DNA of 64,000 nucleotides from Candidatus Omnitrophota bacterium. GTDB taxonomy: Bacteria > Omnitrophota > Omnitrophia > Omnitrophales > JACROU01. Shown here one piece after another: positions 41,301-50,300 of the stretch (position 1 is the first letter of the stretch; each line of letters starts with the position of its first letter). The stretch lies in contig JAJDCD010000010.1 in the NCBI GenBank assembly GCA_029261035.1, forward strand, positions 14,612-78,611. Direction: 5' to 3'. The notes below the pieces were generated by a model that was not told the DNA's origin, made no database searches, and saw only the letters and a program-made list of their open reading frames with translations. A program made the translations under genes and the position numbers.

Positions 41301-44300
41301 ATCAAAGAACGCAACTCTTCATTTTGTTCTAAAATTCTACGATCATACACCTTGGTATCTTCAGCTTTGCTTTTAAATAGGTCTGCTGTAATTCCTTCCC
41401 TTGAAACTCGAGAAGATTCCGATAACTTTTTAAGTTGTGTTGTAGGGTCTGATACAAAGGCATGCATTAAATCTTTAGCATAACGTCTTTTGTCATTCAA
41501 AGCATCCATATATCTTTCATAACTTGAATAGGTGCTTGGAGAATTAAAAAACTGGTGAGAATTTCCTCGAGTTAACTGTTCTTGCCTTGCCCCTTCAACG
41601 ATACCAGGGGTTTCTATAGGTGTTTTTTGAGGCAATGTTTCCCGAGCTTGCTTTAATCTTTTTTCGTAAATTGCTTTTTGCTCGTCAAAAAGTTCTTTTG
41701 CTTTTCTTTTAGAATCTTCTACCTCTTCATAAACAGAATCTCGTTTTTTCTGAACTGCTGAACGAGCTTCTTGTAAGCTTTTCTTTAAATCAACCATAGG
41801 TTCTGACAATACTTCAAGAAAACTGAGAACACTTTCTACGAAAGAGTCCGAAATCACAACTGGAGGAGAACGTTCTGAAGCGGACTCAACAATCCCTTCA
41901 AGTCTCTCAATTAACCCTGGTATCACATCGGTAGAAACTTCATCCGCATTACGAATAGCTGCAGCCAACTCACTTAAAATGCCGTCCAACTGCTGCACAC
42001 TTTGTGTCTCTAAAGCTTCTTTTCGAGAAAGATCTATCCCTTGCTCGGTTTCATTTATATTAAGTACAATATTCTTCTGATCTTGATGAATTCGATCAAT
42101 TTGATCTAAAAACAACATAAGCTCTTCTGCTTTTTTTAATGCCGGCTGATACTCTTCTTTTATAAGCTCATCAATTCCCTGAATCGCACCACTCAAAGCG
42201 TCTTCAAATTTACGATCAACCACACCGTTAATAGCTTGAATTGTTTGCAACTTTCCTTCAGCCTTAGCTTGATCCCCCTTATATTCAAAATCCAAAATAT
42301 CTTTTGCACGGGTCCAATTCTTACGAGCTTCCTCTAAATCTTCTATAGAACTCACTTCTAAAATACTTGTCATTAAACGGGTCGCTTCCCCAATTTTTTT
42401 CCTAGCTTCAAAAACAGCGTCATTTCCTTCTTGAGCCAATCTCTCTACCTCTACTTCTCGCACCTGTCTTTCTATAAGCATTTGATTAAAATCAGCCATT
42501 CGGTCCAAAAGATTCTTGAAACGGCCTTGAACTGCAAACGCCCCTTCAACCATCTCACGCACTTCACTAATCACATCTCCATAGCTATCTAACTCTGACT
42601 GGGTCACATTTTGTCTAATTTGGATTAAATTTTCTTCAACTTCTCGGGAAGAAACTAACATTTGTTCTTTTAGCTGAATATGTTGAAGTCTTGCAGCGCT
42701 TAAACTAAGTTGAGGATTTTGAATCATTCTCTCAAGATCCCCAACAACAATTTCAAAATGAGAAGGTTCTTCATCTTCTTCCAAATCTTGCTTAGGATCT
42801 AATTTTTCTTCAGCAATTGCAGCAATACGACTAACATAAACTTCAATACTTCCTTTAATTTCAGCAACATGTTGTTTTCTTGTGATTAAGGTCAACTTAT
42901 CATCAATCGCGTCATCTAAAAGATCTACTTCCTGTTTTAACTCTTTAATTGCATTATATTTACTCTGTAAATCCAACTTCAATACTTGAGCGGTATCTAA
43001 TTTCTCTGTTTCTGCTTCGAATGCTGCCAAAATTCCTTCTAATAAACGAAAACGTTCATTCGCTTCCTTAAAATGGCTTCTTAGCTCTTTAATATCCTCT
43101 GTTTGCTTAGCTTCATCACTAATTGCTCTCGCTTCTTCTGTTAATGCGCGCGCTTCTACAACTTTAGCTTCTAAACGCTCAACAATTTCTGCTTGATCCT
43201 TACCCTCTGTTTTATTAATAGCAATCGCACTCATAAGTTCCTTATACACAGTGCTACTTTTCTCGGATAAAGAAGTTAACGTTTTTTGCAATTCAGCAAT
43301 ACGATCTTGATCTACACCATCAATCAAACCCGCAGCATCCAAAATAATGTCTAATTCGTTCATTTCTATCGTTACAATACTTAAATCTCTTTTTGCATCC
43401 GTCTCAATTGCATCCAAAGATGGAATATCTTTTTTTCGTTTTGCTCGACTCAACATCCGTTCTAACTCATCAATTTGAAGCTCCAAACGGCCTTGATGCG
43501 TTTCAAAATTAGCCTCCAAGGCTTCTAATCCTAAATTTTTCTTTTCTTCCAAGACTTTACGTCTTGCTTTAACTTGACCTTCCATCTCTTTAAAAGCTTG
43601 GTCTATACTTTCAACCTTTTTTTCCAGCCCTTCAATCTTGGTTGACATTAACGCTCTTACTTGTTCAACATCATCCCCTGCTTCATCTCTAAAGTTTTCA
43701 GGAATACTATCACTATCTGTCAACCTCTCCGCAATCTCTCGTAAATCATCTAATTCTGCACGAACACCTTCTAACTCTTCTTGTTTCTCAATCAAGACTT
43801 CTTCCATTTCTTTCAAACGCCCCAAAGAACGGGCTTGAGCAATTGCCTCTCCAATACCTTGAACTTGACCCTCCAACTCTGCTAAAACCAAATTCAAATC
43901 TCCAAACATTGAATCTAAAGCTGCTGAACGCTCAGCAACAAAGAGACGAGCCTCCTCTTTTTTTCTAGCTTGCTCAACTTTATCTGCTGCTTCAGTAATT
44001 GTTTCTTGCAATGATGGGATGCGACCTTTCTGAACCCGATAAGCTTCCATCACTTCTTCTACAGCCGAAACAACCTCTCCTTTTGCTGTCTTAAAAGCAG
44101 AAATAACGTCATTCAAAATAGGCTCAAGTTGATCTGAAGGAATTGTCTTTATAACTGAAATCTGTTGAGTGTATTTATCTTCTGTGTAATTCGCATCTAC
44201 ACTTTCCAACCCCTCTCTTAAAGGCGCTACTGTAGCATCATTAAAGTTTATTGCAATTTCAAGGCGCGATGCTTGCGCGGCTAAATCATCCGTCTGAGTT

Positions 44301-47300
44301 ACAGCATCCAACTTTTCTTTCAGAACGTTCGTTTTAACATCAAGTTCTTTAGAAGCTGCAACAATTCCCTCTTGCTTAAGTTCTAAATCTAAAATTACTT
44401 TGGAGCGCAACAAACCTAATCCCGTTTTAATAATATTTCCTTTAAGCTCTTGAATCTGCTTTCCTAAGCCCCGCAATTTTTCAATTACAGAAACAAATTC
44501 AGAACTTTCTGTAATTTGAGTTGATAAAGAAGGGTCTGCAGACAAAGCTTTTTCAAAAAGCTTTTTCTCTTGTACATTTTTATCCAAACGAACAAAGCTG
44601 TCATAAGCAACCCGCAAATAGCCTAAACGATCTTTAGGCTTAATATTGTTCTCACTCACAATATCTAAAGCTTGAGTCACAGCTTTATAACTTGCATTCA
44701 TTTCTTTTAAAATGCTTCCTATCTCACTCGATGCCTTATTTACTTTTTCTACTTCATCAGATATTCTTTCCGCAAGAAAGTCTGCATCTAACTCTTCTAT
44801 TACTTTATTCACATCTGAATTTCTACTATCAATCTCACCCATTGCTGCTACTGCTCCAGCTTTTAAATCAGAAACTTCCGTACGAAACCCCATGAAAAGA
44901 GCGTCAATTTGATCTCTGGCTAAGTCTATTGCTTCAGGATAAGAAGCCCCCGCTTCACTCCACTTAAGATCAACCTGATCCACACCGGCCAAAACACCGT
45001 TTGCCAAATCTAAAAAGTCATCCAGTTCTGTTTTAGCCTTTTTCCTCGTTTCTAAATCGTTATTCGCATCCTCAACTTCTATCAACCGGCCTTCAATAGG
45101 GGTCAAATGTGCATTTTCAAAATCAAACAAGCTAATAAAAGGTTCTCTTTTCTTCAAACTCGTAATCTGTTCTTGAGCCTCTTGAACCAAAACATCTTTT
45201 TTAGCTAACTGAATACTTCTTTGAACATCTTCAACCTCTTGATATTTTACTTGAATCAACGCTTCTACTTCATCGCGAGCTTCAGCAATTAACCTATTAA
45301 TCGGCTCTTCTATTTGAGCAACAACATCATTAGCCGCAACCGTTGTTGATAACACAGTAATTTCATATGCAATCTGATCTAAATCCAATTCTCTTAGCTC
45401 TGTTTCTAGCGCTTCTAAAGCTCCAATTGCTTGCTGAATTGAAGGCTCATTAGCTGCAACAACTACATCTGTAACTACAATACCTTCAAGTTGAGTGATC
45501 ATCTCTGCTTTTTGAGCAGCAATCGCTTCTTTTGCCAAATCTAGTTGAGCATCAACAACCCTTTGAGTTTCTTTTTGTTTTCTTTCTTCGGTTTCTATTT
45601 GTCTTAAAAGATCTCCATGTTGTTCCGCCAATTTTAATTGTGTGAATTTTCCGGCAAGCTTTGCTTGAGCTTTTAAATTTATATCTGCGGGTTCAGTGTC
45701 TAACAAAATAGAATCAAACTTAGGGTCTAAAACTAAACCGGTTCCAATATAACCTTGAACAGGTTGAAATTGAGTTGTTGTCAAACTATCAAAAGACTCT
45801 CTTACAATCCCAATATCCGCTCCACCCAGAAGCTCCTGCTCCAAACGGTTCATTGTCTGACTAAGAGTATCTAATACAGTAAGTTGAGTTGCTAAGGTTG
45901 AAGACACCGCTTCTTCGAATTCACGCATCAGCGAATCTGAATCCTGAATTTCAGGTATTTCATTTTCATCCAATAGAGCCCCATTTAAATCCACATAGTA
46001 CCGCACCAAATCTCCAGCAACCTCCTCTTCCAACACTCTAAGAGCCCCTAAAATTGCAGAACCAGCAACAACACTCTCTTCATCATAAACCCAAGCATCT
46101 CTAGATTTAGGCTCTAAAACATCCATCAGAGCACCCACAGCGGCCACCTCTCCTGATTCTCCAATTTGTATTGCTGTATCTCGAGCCGCCTCCCAATACT
46201 CTGCACCCCATTGAACTTCCAACTGATCAATTAATTGCGCCGTTTCATCCGAAAGAACTTCTTCAGGTTCTTGCGTTGCAGCATCTCGCTCTCTTTCCAA
46301 ACGCTTTTTAGAGGCTTCCGTTGCCGCTCTCACAGTGCCGAGTTTTACCATATTCGCTCTTAACAAATCTTTCGCGGTATCCAAATCACCTTCCCAACGA
46401 ACCAGCTTTTTCAATTCTCCAACACCTATATCCACAGCGTCATCAACAACCATCTCAATAGCAGTGTCAATACCCATATTAGGCTCATAAGAAATCTGAC
46501 CTAATGTAGGAATTAAATTATTTTTAGCTAATCTACCTGCCTCCACTACAACATCGTATCGCTTTGCTCTTTGAGTTATCTCATCATCTTGAGCTTGAGC
46601 TAGTTTTCCTAAATCAACCATACGTCTTGTGGCTTGACCCAACATAAAATTATAAACTTTAGAAACAAGCCCTTCGAGATTAAAATCCCCTTGATTCTCC
46701 TGTTTCATTTGTCTCGTTATAGCCTGAAGAGCCTCTTCGTCAATCTGGTACTTCCCTCTTACCACGTACGTTCTAGCTTCGACAATCATTGCGTTAGCCT
46801 TACTTAACGATTCGTCAGTAGCCCTTTCAATTTGTGTGTCAATGAGATCTAAATCCAAACGATTAAAAGCACTCACCCCATCCAATTCAGGACGTTCTCC
46901 AATAGGTCCCTCCCAAGCAAATTGCGCATCAAACTCTTCTCTCAATTTTCGAATCCATGTCAGAGCATTTCGGGCAACTTTTAATTTTTGCATTCTCTTT
47001 TCAAATTCGGCTTGAACGGCTTTTTGAACGCCAGGATTATTCTCAACAATACCTTCGTAAGAAGTAAAAAATGTTTCCGCCTCTTCCATTAACGCTTCAG
47101 CCCGAACCAAAGATTCCATATCAGAAATTAATTCTTCCTCATAAGGAATCTCTTTATGTAATGCAAAACCCTCTTTAATTTCTCTAATTAGTTTCGCAAG
47201 ATCTTTGCCCGAATCCTTCAAATCTTTTACTTCTTTTACTTTTTGTTCAATCCTTTCAATACCTTCATCCAATTTACTACTAGCTCGATATTGGGCCAAA

Positions 47301-50300
47301 CTGCGATTGGCCGCACCCACTAACTCTTGGTAGGTATTTGCTAGCTCAGATCCATCGGCCACTTGCAAAGGAATTAATTGATCCATATCCATTTTAATTG
47401 CAGAAAGTTCAATACTCGCCTCATAATCATCTTTTTCTCCAGAAAGCATTGCTTGATAAACCTCTCGAGAACGCTCAATAATTGCGTCAATGTTGTTTTC
47501 TATTTTTTCTAGCTGAACTTGCAAGAAGTCCTTCACCGTTCCCTTAAGAATTCCCTCAATCACCAATCTTTGATTTTGTATCTCATTAAAACGAGGCTCT
47601 ATATTTAATTTTGATTTAATTTTATTATGATATGTAACAATGTCACGAGCACCACTTTCGCCACTTTTTGATTTAGCAAGAACAGCAATAAGCATTTCAC
47701 CCGCTTTTTTGGAACTAGGAGCATCATCGGTTAACCAATCATCATTACCGCCACCACCAGCAACCAAATCATACAACTCTCCTGTAGCCGCTTCGTATTG
47801 GTTCACCCCTATTTCTAATGCAATATTATAAACGTCGTCCCATTTTTTTTGCTCCCAAGACTCCTTCAACGCCTCTGTTAAAGCAACACCCTCTCGATCC
47901 ACCAAACCTCGACCATAGCGAACGGCCATAGCCGCTAATGGCTGATCTGCTTTCAGCTTCAGCGTTGTAAGCAAAAGAATAAGTTGCTCTTTTTCTTCGC
48001 TCAATTTTTTTCTCTGCTCCGCTTCTCGTCGCGCTCGCTCTTCTTGAGCTCTTTGAGCCGCTACTTGCTCCGCCATTTTTTTTGCAATACCTTTTCGCTT
48101 CGTAGCTTCTGCTAGTTCAGCACCCTCTTTTTGTCGCGCTTTTTCTTCCACAATAGCTTCTGGAATTGGAATGGTTAATGTGCGAGTTACACCAATAGAA
48201 GAGGTCACTTCTTCTTTCCATTCGATATTACCCATAACTTGACGCATTTTCATCGTACTCATTCCCAAACCACCTGATTTGTGGCGGTTAATTAACTGTA
48301 GGAAAATATCTTTTTCTCGAGCTGCCATTTTCTGCCTCTGCACATCTTGAGGAATTGGCAATTGCAACGCATCAATTTTGTCTGCATACGTAAATTGAGA
48401 ACTTGGCTCAAACAGTCGAATGACCACTTGATTATCCTGAAGCTCCACAGCAACTCTTACATCTTGGTCTGCTGAAAAAGGAAGCTTTCTTTTTTCGTAA
48501 AAAGTTTTGGTTAACGTATTTTCAATATAATTCTGAACCAACTCCATAAGATCGGTGAGCAAATTCTCTTGAAACTCCGCAAGCTCCGTCGTCAAATCTT
48601 CTTGAATAGAAACATCGGATGCCTGAACCACCGCTTGAAGGGATGCATAAGCAACATCTAACACTTTACGCTCAAGAACTCCCGGTTCTCCTCCATCCCC
48701 TTTAGCAATCGCTTTCATTGCTGAATTATAAATTTCACGTACCGTATGGTGATGCTGTTCTGGTTCTAATCCAGAATAATCGGAGGCCGCTATATTTGAT
48801 TTCCCTGTACGCGCATAAAAATTCACTCTTTTATCTTTAGCAATACTAGGCACCGAAGAAGCAATACCTACAGCGATTGGGAATTCGTCTAAAGGATACG
48901 CTTCATCTCGAGCAATTCTCAACTTAGCTTCTGCATTTGTATAAACACCAATAAAACTTGTTATCTCTGCACCAATGCTTTTTCGTAATTCAGAAATCTC
49001 TCTCTTTTGATCCACAAACAACTGCCCGTAAGATTTTTCATCAAATAGTTGTTTTGCTGCTTCAGGAACACTAAGACTTCGTGTCATAGCCGCTAAGTTT
49101 TTACGCGCTCTCAATAAGCCATCCCAAAGAATTTCTAATGTGGCAATTTTTTCTGATAAATCCGTTTCCTTCATCGTTTCTTTTAAAGTCGTTTTTGCAG
49201 ACGCAACAACTTCACGAACTTCTTTTGTTAATTTTCTCTTAATAATATTCGCACGAACCATAATTACATTCTGAGGAATGGTCTTAGCAGCCGCTTGATA
49301 AATCACTTCTAACTCTCTAACACGATTATTATGAGCACGTATATCCTCAGCAAAAACAGCTTCAAAGGCTTCTATTTGTTCTACAACTTTTGGATGTTGC
49401 GCAAAGGATGCTAAGTCTTGTGGAATGCTTATTTGATCAGAAATTCTAAGTTTTACTAATTCTTCCCTTTCCACTTTTGCTTCCTTAAAATCTTGAATGT
49501 TTTCTTGAACTTGCTCCAAAGCTAAATTATCTTCAGTTAAACGAACCACACTATCTTCAAAGCGAACCAACAAATCTTGACTTGTTATTTTACTTAAACG
49601 TTCTGCAGTTCTATTAGCTTCGGTTTTAATATGTTCTAACAACCTTTGAACTTCAGGAGAAATCGGAGCTTTTGGAACCTGAGGAGGTGTTGCAGGTTTC
49701 AGGGTTAATTGTTTAATGCGAGCATCTGTTTTTTCTTGAATTTGAGGCAAAAGATCTTTTGTTACCATCTTTGCTAAAGATAAAGAGTATTGAGAAAATC
49801 CAGAAATAATTTTACGAGCATGAGTTTCAGCAGCTTGTTGCGTTAGCTTATCATTTGCAGATCTTAACTTATCCTTCAAAGTACTAAGAGCGCCTACCTG
49901 AACTCGATAATTCTTATTATCTTTAGAAGTTAAACGATCCAATTCTTGCGAAAACTGCGCAAGCCCATCTCTAAGCCCTTCGACCTTCGAAGCATCTAAT
50001 GAAGCTAAGTACTGATCAAACATTTGAAGGAATAGTACTGCAATTCTTTTTTGCCAAGCGGCCTTCTTCTCGTTATCTTCTCTTTTAGCTTTCAGAGAAA
50101 ATTCACCCGTCCAACTCGCTTCGTGAACAAGCTGATTAAATATATGAGCTGCAACTCTTGTTAAAGCCTCATTAACTATCTCTTTCTGATTATCACCCAA
50201 ACTAGCCGCCATCGCCAAAACTTCTTCTTGCATTGGGCCATCAAACATCTGTTCCCAAACCAACAAGGAAGCAGCAACTCCAATAGCAAAATTTTCTGAA

